A stretch of DNA of 62,082 nt, counting the filler, from Circinaria calcarea (lineage: Eukaryota): assembly GCA_051942165.1 (NCBI GenBank). It is 12 parts of 12 records of this genome, joined end to end, with 100 filler letters (N's around TTAATTAATTAA, not from the genome) between each part and the next. Parts side by side here need not be neighbours in the genome. Positions count along the whole stretch, not along the records: positions 46,685 to 51,751 come from JAVECS010002059.1; positions 51,852 to 56,918 come from JAVECS010002060.1; 10 more parts are not named here. The stretch is one strand, 5' to 3'. The position numbers and the translations under genes were made by a program. Below, one piece after another: positions 46,585 to 56,911 of the stretch. Numbering within the stretch: position 1 is the first letter of the stretch; each line of letters begins with the position of its first letter. Under the pieces are notes generated by a model. It saw only the letters and a list, made by a program, of their open reading frames with translations, ran no database searches and was not told the DNA's origin.

Positions 46585-49500
46585 NNNNNNNNNNNNNNNN
46601 NNNNNNNNNNNNNNNNNNNNNNNNNNNNTTAATTAATTAANNNNNNNNNNNNNNNNNNNNNNNNNNNNNNNNNNNNNNNNNNNNGTGAAGGGAGAAGGGC
46701 GATCAGTGGGGACGGACGGAGGTTGATGTCGTACTTCGTTGATTCACAGGTGTTTCTGCCAACGCCTTCTTTGGCAAAAGGCCCAGATCGTGCAAGTTGA
46801 TGATTCTCTGAAGGTTTTCCTGTCCTGGATTCCCAACCCGCTGGTGTGGAGACGTATGATTTTCCGACATGGGCCTCGGATGGTCTTGGGGGCCCGGAGA
46901 TTGTGGAGTGTGATGTTATTAGCTAGTTGTGAAGAGATGGTGACGGACGAAGGCAGTGCGCTGGGCAGTCTCCAAGATACAGTGGTCAAGTAATAAGCAT
47001 ACCCTGCGATGGCAATGTCCACCGCCAATGGAAAAGGCCAGGTCCCCGAGTTGGAATGATTTGAGGACTTGTTACGATTCTAGTGCAAGTGGTCTCCGTT
47101 TTCCCAGCTGTACTCTTGAAGGGGGGGGGGACTAGCGAAGCTCTATGTACAGGAAGTGGTTTGAAGAGCCCACGGCCCCTGCCAGTAATCCGTCCCTAGT
47201 CCTGCGGCAGGCAGTACCGCGCCCCCATGCAACTACAGGGCAGGCCGTCCAGGGCTCAAGGCTTGATGCAGCTTTGCCTACGGCTTGCATGGATTCGGGT
47301 CGCTTGGCTTGCAGTTCGGAAGGATCATGGGTAACGGAGGTATGGTCGACGAGAGGGCAGGTGGCACCAACAGGGAGGGTGGGCTACACAGAAATGGGAC
47401 GAATGGGATGAATGGGATGAATGGGGACGAATGGAACCAATCAGGCGCAGAATTGGAAGGGTAGCGGAAAAGGCAGCAATCGAAGGTCGCATCGACTGGT
47501 GTGAAGCTGACTGTGACGATTGAAACAATTCGCTTCCCCGTCATCCTGTCGGCGACCAAGAGACCGCACACGGAGTAGTATTCTCGTGGTTGCCACGAGG
47601 CCGAAGCACCAACCGCCGTCGACTAGCCCTGCCACTTGCCTCGTAAACGGGGCTTGGACTCTGGACTTTTGGACTCTTTGGACTCCTGGACTCTTGGTCC
47701 CTGGACTGGGCTAGGAATATTAATTAACGCGGCCGGTTGATTAATGTTTCGACGATGGACTCCATCGAAAGGCCGACCGGGGCTAGGAACATTACTGTGG
47801 TCTGGTCGCAGGCATAACAAATGTTAGCCGTCGATTTCATGTGTAACAATTCACTTCGAATCCATACAAAGATCTAGAATAGGCACCGCACACCCTCGCT
47901 ATCATCAAGAATTCCTACGCTTGTATTCCGAGTATGGAAGGGTTTGTCGAAAACCGCGCCAACACATAATGTCATGCCTGCGACCACTGTAGTCCAGAAT
48001 TTCGCGATATCGACGCTCCCAAATTTCCCAGCCTTTTCTTCCACTCCACCGGAAAAACAGACATCCACGAAAAGATCACCTCTTGGACCATCGACGTCAA
48101 AGCATAGAACATGGTGGGATTCTGATTGGCTTACAGGCAATGTTCAGGGACAACGTTTTATGCTAATGATCAATCTACGGAGTGAGCCGCCGCCACCGAT
48201 TTACGGAATGTCAAAGATTCTTTTGGTTCTTCGCCTGCATCGGTCAATAGAATTGAGATTGGGTACTTGACGCAAAGGGCGGTGGGAGATCCCAGCACCG
48301 GGGAAGCAAGATCTGAACCTTCTTCTGGATAAGGTGGCCTCTAGATACATTCCGCTCCAGCCAGAGGGGTTGTTGGGGTTCGTGTGGCTTTAATCGTGTG
48401 GATTTCTGGAGAAGCAGTTGAGAACCCTGCGGCAGCATCTTACCCAAAGGCTACTCTGTAGAATCTACACCCGTAATCGGGAATAGATGAATTTTCACCT
48501 CGGGGGAGTTGCCGCCTGTCAGAGGCATTGTTGACGCAGCAATGATTCCATGATTGGATCAGTCAGTCATCAGTGAGTCCTTTGACAGGGTCCCAAACTG
48601 CATCAATAAATACAACGAACCGTGGCACCCTTGGTCACCCTCTTCATCATAGCTACTTCTGATAGGTCTGGGCTCGGTATCGATTCAGATTTGCCTGGCC
48701 TTATTACCCCTGGCTCGCGGCTCGAGATCCTAAGCGCTTGTCTAACTTGGGCTTAAGGTCCGAGATGGTTACACCCCAAGAACGAATGGTTATCCTTCCT
48801 GAAGAACGCAAGGCTAAGCAACGTCCCAAAAGTCGCATTCCCCGGGACTTTTCTCGTGTTGCCTTGCTACCCGTCCTTCCCGTCCTACCGACACCAGAGG
48901 TCAGCATCCCAAGCAAGAGCAGCGTAGAGAGCACGTCACCGTGTAACACTCCTAAACTTCGACGAAGACGTAGGGCTCCTGGAGGCAACCCCCAACGGCC
49001 ACTGCGCTGTCCGTATAGGCATCCTCTAGTCAAGTTGCAAAAACTGCGCCCGTTGGCACAGCCAGATGAGTCCGGTTCTGGCACTGGCACCGGCATCCAC
49101 GATGCTTTCCGCAGTAAGCTGCACAGGGTCTCGTGGATGACGGCGCGCCGCTATGGATGGCGCAGGACGGGGTGGGTGTCCAACGTCAAAGCAATCAATC
49201 TTGCATTGAGCCAACTTTGCGCCCATCCAGTGTGGTCTCTGCTGATGCATACAGAGTACAGACAGCTCGGGCTAGAGTCCTTTACTAAGGTTACGTGTTA
49301 TACATGGTTAAATACAAGGGTATTTCTTATTTACCTGATTTCCCATCAGCGTTTTATACTTTTTCCGAGTCTTTACCAGAGCACCATGCGCTTAAGCAAG
49401 CACTATCAGCTGTATCATAATTTGTATTTCTGGCACTAAGTGTACCATACCCTGTTAGTAATTAAAGCGGCGTTGTACAAGGACCATGAATGCCACGAAG

Positions 49501-51851
49501 CATTCTAGCCCGAGCTGTAACGTCCCCCTTCTTCGGCCGAACGCAAACGTAAACGAACGACGCTACTAGTAGATTGCTCTGCTCATTCCCATTCGGTAAT
49601 ACTCCCATTTCATGACCACGAGGCTGTCTGAACCTTATTCTGTAATCTTGACGATCTTGTTCATGATTGGTTCAGTAGGTAGACGTATGGATCTGTGCTG
49701 AGATTTATGGGTTTCTTTTGGCAATCGGCGACTGCAGCTCGGAAGAGCAACGAAAAGATTAGATAGACCCGGGAAAATTGCAAAGCGAGTGACCGGTCAA
49801 GCCCAAGTAAGATCCCGTTATTTGCACATCTCTGATAACCTGAGCGCTATCCCACGGCGTCCAAGTGCGAGAGCATGAAGCATATCTGGCAATACAGACG
49901 AACCGCGGTACTGCACAATAATACTTGTATAGGCAAATGAACCGTTATCAGCAACCTTGGAAGTCTCTGTGCATTGTTGTGGTAAAAGTCACATCCAAGG
50001 GGAAGCCTATTTATCATACAACGCCCACAAGTACCTATCGCACTGGATATCGAGAACATCTCAGATAGGAAACCCGGCGTTAGGATATCAAGCCGACTCC
50101 CAATCTCATAGTACCTCGGATCCATCCGAGCGCGGTCATTGCGGTCTTCAGGCAGTGACAGCAAGGCTCGTATCCGAACTTTCGAATGTATATGGGCCTT
50201 CGGTTGGCCTCGATTCTAAATGCTTTACTGTACGCCGAACCTTATCACTATACTATTCCTCAATTCCGGATCATCGCCATGCATGGGCCGAAGGAACCGC
50301 CAACGTGTCTGTCAAGGGTAGTCTTGGTGAGGACATTACTCGAAGACAGGGCGCCTAAAGTGCCACGAATATTCACGAGGAAAGGTGATAGTGGTTGTGC
50401 TTGGATCCTGGACGAAACCCATCAAAGGACGACCGCTATCATCTGTTTCTGTCACTAGCAACGCGTTTCATCAACGCGGCCAAGGGTTCCCTGCTCACCG
50501 ACACCCGTGGCTGTTGGAGCCTTCCTATTCACGCCTTCAACATTACCCTTTCCTTTCTTTTCTCTTGGCCGAGCTCTGAAGGCCAAGTTCCCAGTTCCCC
50601 GACCCAACTTATTAGGGCTCGGGTATTCAACTCTTCAGCTTGCGGACCATTCCGGCACGTATTAAAGACTTTTTTCTTTATGCCTCTTGGAGGTTCAACC
50701 GAAGCCAGACAACGCGGCCTGCAACCAATGTGACAATTGCAACATGGTGAAGCTTGCAGCACTTGGCCTAACGCACACCACCTTCAAGGCTTGCCCAAGA
50801 CCTCCGAAGCTATCACAAATTCACGAGGCAGTTGGCCCGATCGAACCTTCGATTCGCACGTGTCTACAATGACTGGTCCTTGAGCCTAATTTCCCAGCCT
50901 CTCTGGCATATAACACCGAAAATGGTTACAGTCTCATCAGGAACGTTCTCACCATATTCTCATTAAACTGACAAACTATGTTGATGAAAGACTTAATCAC
51001 GTCTGCAATGGGGCCCTCAAATAGCATCCTTGTGCAATAAAAATTCGATATCATCTTGCTCCCAACCGTCCCCTAGTCAGAAAGGTCCCTTCTTCGTTCG
51101 CAACACGACCCAACTACTCTCTACCGAAGCCGAAGACATGACCACAAAAAGCTTGTGATGCTGTTCAAGAAAACAAGTGAGAAAAAAAAGACTATCTGCT
51201 CTGTCCTTCAACCGCATTGCCCCAGGGCCCCTACGATATGGCGAGGATTTAAGCTTTTAAGCATACGTTGCAGTAGCTGTTGGACAGGGGGTGGGTAATT
51301 CACCCATATCCAACTCCGGTTTGTTCTCCGTCGCGTGAATGTTGGATGGACGGGCCAGATGGAGTTGGTCTCGTGCGGCCGGGCGGTTATCAGTAGCGGG
51401 ATTGCTTGGAGTAGCCGCAATAGTTTAGAGTGCCTTGATCTTTTGGTGCTCTATTCCAGCGTTTGAAAACTTTGATTCATATATTACTGTTTGTACTAGG
51501 TCATTCATGTTTACAGCTGCTTCATCAGCTACTGAGTTAGCCCGCCCTTATATATTTCTAGCAGTCCCTTCTCAATCTTATTCTCCCTGGACCTGCTCAT
51601 CTCTTCATCTCTGACCTCATGTTCCGATTTCCAGGAATGGCTACGGTCACAGCCCCCACCAACTCCCTCAAGCCCCTGACCCTATCCTCCATCGCCCCTT
51701 CCAAGAACACTCTCGCGACAACCCAAGCATGAATTCCCCCGGGCTCCTCCTNNNNNNNNNNNNNNNNNNNNNNNNNNNNNNNNNNNNNNNNNNNNTTAAT
51801 TAATTAANNNNNNNNNNNNNNNNNNNNNNNNNNNNNNNNNNNNNNNNNNNN

Positions 51852-52966
51852 GATCGACAAGGGCAAGGGCAGGAGCAACGATGAGTACGGTCACGGTGCA
51901 ATGGCAAACGTGCATGTTCACAAGCTAAGCTTGGTGACCCAAATACAAGATCTATTTCCCGACCTTGGGTCGGGCTTCATTGTGAAGCTACTAGACGAGT
52001 ATAACGACGATCCGGAACAAATGACTGCACATTTACTTGAGGATACCTTACCAGCGCACTTAAAGCAGGCGGACCGAACAGAGAACATGTACGTGCAAAC
52101 CCAAGTTCATCTGAGGTGGCATTGCTTACTGTCACCCTAGCAAAAGTACTCCCAACTACCAAGCAAATGACATCGTGCCTAACCTCGCACCCCGTTCAAC
52201 ACCACCTCTCCTCCCGTCACGCAGAAACATATTCGATAACGATGACTTCGACAATCTTGCAATCTCGCCCACAAAACTCCACTTCGTTCGCCGAGAAAAT
52301 CCAGATCCCCTTACCGATCGCTCCAACGCTCCTAACTCAGCCGCCATCCTCTCCGCCCTCGCTCTCTTCGATTCAGACGACGACGAACGCGACGACACTT
52401 ACGATGTCGGTGACGTGGGCGGAACAGTCGATTCAGCCATCCCTGGAAGCGATGAAGTAGACGCTGATCTGGGAGACAAGAATGAGGAAGCGCTTTTCAG
52501 CGCATACAGGATGACTCCGGAAGTCTTCGAGCGGGATTCCAATACCCGTCGCGGTAAGGCGAGACTGGCACTGAAAAGCGAAACAGGAATGACGGATGAA
52601 GCGCTCGAAGGCTGGGCAATAATGATTGGTCGAGACCCAAGGAGGCTAAGAAGACTAGAAGCCAAATTCTCCACCTTTAGCGGTGGGCAACGAGAACTCG
52701 CATCCACTGCCTATCGAGAAGGCGGTGTGGAATCCGGGACTGAAGACTCCGAGGGGGGAGCAAGGGGTGGAAGAGGGGGCTTCAGGAGTAGAGGAAGGAG
52801 TCGAGGACGAGGAGGCGGGAGAGGTGGAAACGTAGCCGGTCCGAGTGATGACAAGGGCGTGCAGATTGCGCGGCAGAGGAAGGATGCGAGTAAAGGCTCG
52901 AGAGCGAATCATAACCGGCGGGACCAGAGAGCGAAGAAGGTGGCCAGAGCTGGGTTGATGGGATAG
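51852..52966 (+). CDS. CUE3: CUE-domain protein (Cue3/Rqt3/ASCC2-like), 5'-partial; intron ~52089-52140
   Basis: CUE motif QIQDLFPDLGSGFIVKLL, RRNIFDND, DDERDDTYD, C-terminal KGSRANHNRRDQRAKK. Confidence 0.82.
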
Positions 52967-53220
52967 AGAGGTGGTCGAGAAGTATGCTACTCTCTCCGTT
53001 GAGACTAAGAAAGAGCCCTTCTGCTCCGCGTCGAGTTTATGTTTAAGTAAGCGGCGTATGCCGCGCCCCAGCAGTGGCAGTTGAACTCTTGTCTCTGCCA
53101 TGAACATGGCATGACCATAAACTGTCGCGGAAAATTTCGCGCACTCCACCACCTCCCCCCATCCCTATGCTCGATTCCTGTTTCTATTCCTTTAACTGTA
53201 CTCTCACTTTCTCCCTCCTT

Positions 53221-53350
53221 TTCTCAATGTCTTTTTTCCTCTATCAATGTCTCCCTCTCTTTCTCGGTGTCTTCCTTCCTTTCTCAGTGTCTCCCTCCCT
53301 TTCTTAATGTCTTCCTCTCTTCCTCAGTATCTCCCTTCCTTTCTTAATTC
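53221..53350. repeat. 20-bp pyrimidine-rich minisatellite, ~6.5 copies
   Basis: TTCTCARTGTCTYCYTYYCT-like units at exact 20-bp spacing (53221, 53241 ... 53341). Confidence 0.85.
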
Positions 53351-53624
53351 CTTTTTCCTTTCCTCTCTTCCTCTCCTCCTCCCCTTGTAAAGGTGAGGCA
53401 AGAGTATCGGGAAATAGGGATGTAGAGGAAATAAGAGAAAATGAGGTAAGATGGCGTGGATCAGCCACCGCAGGCTCGTGCTAAAGACTTGGGAAGGGGG
53501 AAGCAACGGCGGCGGATGAGTGTGGGTAAGGAAGGGGAGGGGTTTCCATTCTATTATATTATATTAACGGGGAGAGATTTGACGGGGGTGGAATGAAAGG
53601 ATAAGTTAGCTCGCGAGCGCGGGG

Positions 53625-53955
53625 ATAGCCGGTATTAAAATGATAGGCGCTTCTTCAGGTTTATCTCTTTTCTTTTTTGCGATCTCGGCAAGGCTTAGGC
53701 GGAGCGCTACAGCGAGTAGCCGTAAGACGGTAATTCATTAATACAGCCTATTAATAATATACTCCCAAGAATTCAATCGGATACCCGCCCAGAAAGTCAA
53801 ATATTCATCGTTTAGGATAGTGGTAAATTCTTATGGTACGGCTATCGTAGCTAGTGCTTTGGCCTACCATACCATAACCCTTGCGGAGATGGCCCAAAAA
53901 AAAAAAAGTAAAAGAAGAAACCTGAAAAAGCGCCTATCATTTTAACACCAGCTGT
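53625..53955. mobile_element. Two inverted (tail-to-tail) copies of the family-2 Helitron-like terminus: 53625-53741 (+) and 53820-53955 (-)
   Basis: Outer 38 bp match 34/38 as an inverted repeat, all differences transitions; both share TACGGCTA, CCTTGC(G/C)GAGAT and AAGCGCCTAYCATTT with 21004-21098. Confidence 0.6.
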
Positions 53956-54017
53956 ATGAATTTTCACACCCCAAAAAGCAGTCTCTTCCCCCTCCCCCCC
54001 CCCGGCAAAAACCAAAA

Positions 54018-54103
54018 ACATGAAACAGCCGGGTATTCGCTGGTGGTCACCCACCCGACTGCAGAAGCGGATCGGGGTGCCCAGGACCCTCGGTCGGTCA
54101 TGT
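54018..54103 (-). pseudogene. 5S rRNA-derived sequence with internal deletion
   Basis: 3' part AGTCGGGTGGGTGACCACCAGCGAATACCCGGCTGTTTCATGT plus T-runs is close to the fungal 5S 3' end; 5' part ACATGA...GACC...CTGGGCACCCCGATCCGCTTCTGC is a diverged 5S 5' half. Confidence 0.8.
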
Positions 54104-54567
54104 CTTTGAGCTGCCTCCGGATGATTCCCAACAGTCGAACACACCACCCTTGAAAATTAACGTCAACTATTGAATCACGCAAATGGGCATGTTCCATATC
54201 TTGATACCCAATACCTCGTACGCCCATGTGCTCACGTATGGGGTCGTACATACCCCCCTAGGGCGCCCGTGGCCCGCCCCCCCTTGCATTCCAGGGTGCA
54301 CAAAGAGAAAGGGAATGAAGAAAGGGAATGAGGAAAGGGCCCAGAGAAAGGGCCAAAGAATATTACCGTCGGTAAACAAGGGCATTTATGAGGGACTTTT
54401 TTCCTACCTGTCTGATGGGCTGCAAACGGACAAATTGCCCTTTTGGCCATCTTCGGATGGTGGTGATATTCGTCTTTGTTAAACAGAGGGTCAAATGAAG
54501 GTATATAACCACTCATTCGTGTTCACCCGACAGCGACTAACCTAGCAAATCTTTTCCCGTTTCCAAC

Positions 54568-55632
54568 ATGGTTTACAAAGAGATGGAACCCCCAATCGGG
54601 CAGTCTATTGGCCTTATCAAGCCTGGCTTTTGGAGCATCGGTACCCTCATGTCATGCGAGCAGCTTCAAGGTCAACCGCCGGAAGATGCAGTGGCTCATT
54701 GGAAGGATGGTGATACTGCGTTTTGCCTCCGGCCAAAGTTGCCCAATACTTCCTCTACCGGTGATTCAGCAATTGGCAAGTTCTATGACCGCGGCACTTG
54801 CTCTGCAGCTTGGAATTTAAGTTCGAATGTCATCTGCAAGGCCACAAGCTGGGTCCAAGGGATGGAAGCCGAAGGAAAGACAATCGAATTCGTGGTGAAG
54901 CACGTCCCATCCGTACCCGTTCCCGAGGTTATTTATCATTGGGTTGATCCCGCCTGGGACAGATCCTTTATTCTCGAGAGACGAGTTCCAGGCGAGCGGT
55001 TAAATGAGGTCTGGTCTCGAATTTCTCACGAACAACGCGTGGGCGTAGCCGCTCAGCTCGCGGAACATGCAGTCAGCCTGGCCAAGTTGAAATCACGCCG
55101 GTGCGAGAAAGCCACCGGTGCTGGCATTACCTATGAATCGACCTTGCTTGGCGGAGTTCCTTGGGAAGATAGGCCGTCGTGGAAGCCTCTTCTCCACACA
55201 CCTCTCACCGCCGGGCAAGTCACGGCGCGGATTGTGAACTTTTCAGGCGAGGCGCCTCCGGATCTTGGGGAGTATTTCCTATTTGCCCACACGACCATGA
55301 ACCCTACGAATGTTTTTATAATTATGCCGGCGGAGGAGACTGGGCACGTACAAGTCAGTGCGATCCTCGGCTGGGCAAGTGCCGGGTTTTATCCGCATTG
55401 GTGGATTAGTACTACACCTCGGGTACATGCAGGTTTTGCCTTGGATACTGAATTCATCGACGATCCACCTCAAGATCAATGGGACTGGATGTGGATCCTA
55501 TCGGATGCGCTCATTCGAAAAGGATTTCCTTGTGAGGATAAGTGGTTCATGCAAAACATGTTTGATAAGGAGAAAATTGCCGCAGAGCAAGAGGCTCGTG
55601 AACAGCGAGAGGCTCGCGCAGAGCAAGAGTGA
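54568..55632 (+). CDS. Aminoglycoside-phosphotransferase/choline-kinase-like (APH-fold) protein, probable pseudokinase
   Basis: ICKATSW...EGKTIEFV...VPVPEVIYHW...RVPGERLNEVW and SAGFYPHWWI; Brenner motif reads HTTMNPTN and the DWE motif reads GWA. Confidence 0.82.
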   Translation: MVYKEMEPPIGQSIGLIKPGFWSIGTLMSCEQLQGQPPEDAVAHWKDGDTAFCLRPKLPNTSSTGDSAIGKFYDRGTCSAAWNLSSNVICKATSWVQGMEAEGKTIEFVVKHVPSVPVPEVIYHWVDPAWDRSFILERRVPGERLNEVWSRISHEQRVGVAAQLAEHAVSLAKLKSRRCEKATGAGITYESTLLGGVPWEDRPSWKPLLHTPLTAGQVTARIVNFSGEAPPDLGEYFLFAHTTMNPTNVFIIMPAEETGHVQVSAILGWASAGFYPHWWISTTPRVHAGFALDTEFIDDPPQDQWDWMWILSDALIRKGFPCEDKWFMQNMFDKEKIAAEQEAREQREARAEQE

Positions 55633-56805
55633 GTTGGATAGGATAACTATGGGTTGTCATTGCTTAATGTGCATCCTGCTCCGCCGCTTGATTTCCTTCC
55701 GGCCTTTCTCAACCGCCTTTTCTCCTCGGATCTCCACTCTCAAATTCCCGGTTCTTTCCTTCTGTTTTTGCTCGTTTGCTTTCGCTCCGCTCGTTTTCCG
55801 CGTTCGTGCTTTCTCACGTCGTCTGCATCCTCTGTTCCTTTAACGCCCCTTGTCTCAATTCCGGCCAATGGCCGACCGGCAGCTGGCTCGACGGCGTGAT
55901 GCAGAGATGAAGATAAGAAGTACCCGCTTGCAACGTTCGCATATCGGCTTTTTGACAGTTGTATTCTGAATGATGTTGTTGTAATTGCATTGTGGGCATT
56001 TTAGCATTTTGAGTTTTTGCTGAGGGCTGCTTAGAAGACTCGATATAGATACTCTTGTCACTGAAACTTAGAAAACGTAGATTGGGCCTAGATGCGAAAT
56101 GTAATAGTTGAGAGGATTGAGGGAGTGTGTTGAGAGCGGATGAGTATTTACATGTCCGGGGGGCGATCTATATATAATATCCTTCGAACCGTGCCAAAAC
56201 ACCACAGGATCCACCTTGGAGATTTTCTCCCCTGCAAAATTCAAAACACGACAAAGCAGCCCACGGAATAATAATTGCCCCAAAGAGTGGAACGAACCTG
56301 AAGGATTCGGCATTCTCAAGGACGCCCTGTTTTGTAGGAGTTTTGAAGAAACAGAAACATGTCCAAATGTCCCCCAAAGACCCAAAGAAAGAAAAGTAAG
56401 ACCGAAACGCAAAACAAAGGAACAACATCCCGGCAGCGCCCCCCCAAAAAAAAACAAGGGACGGAGCGGCCCCCATACACTCGAGGTCGAGGACCTCAAA
56501 CAAAGAGATTTGTGCGAAAAGGGGGAAGGGTGGAGAGGAGGGACCGACTTGCCGCTTTTCCCCAACAGCGAATGGGAAAGGTGGTGGTGGCCGTTTTATC
56601 CGTTTCTTTAAAAAATCTATTATATCTTGTGTAGGGTCAGGCCAAAAAGATGATGTTTAATTTCTCTCCTGATAAAATATATAGATTATTCCCCCCCCCT
56701 TTGTCCCTTGTGATGAAGGATGCCTACCAAAAACCCCCCTAATTCTCCTCCTCCTCCCCGGCCAACAGAATATTAAAAACCCCCCAGGATCCCCCGCATC
56801 CGTAT

Positions 56806-56911
56806 CTATTAAATCCCATCCATCCATCCATCCGGTCTGTCCGTCCGTCCGTCCGTACAGCTCATCCCATCCCCCATCAGACCGGATGGATGGATGGATG
56901 GGATTTAATAG
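56806..56911. repeat. Perfect 34-bp inverted repeat with 38-bp spacer containing (GTCC)n
   Basis: CTATTAAATCCCATCCATCCATCCATCCGGTCTG (56806-39) and its exact reverse complement (56878-911). Confidence 0.92.

Noticed and set aside
48738..49439. 233-aa ORF as a real gene
   Set aside because: No recognisable domain, low-complexity N-terminus and a non-coding-like tail; not supportable without expression data.
54018..54103. This 5S piece as the missing half of the 5S gene broken at 45116
   Set aside because: It has its own CTGGGCACCCC segment overlapping the contig-9 fragment, lacks the middle part expected after nt 36, and its 3' end (TCATGT) would not pair with ACATAC.
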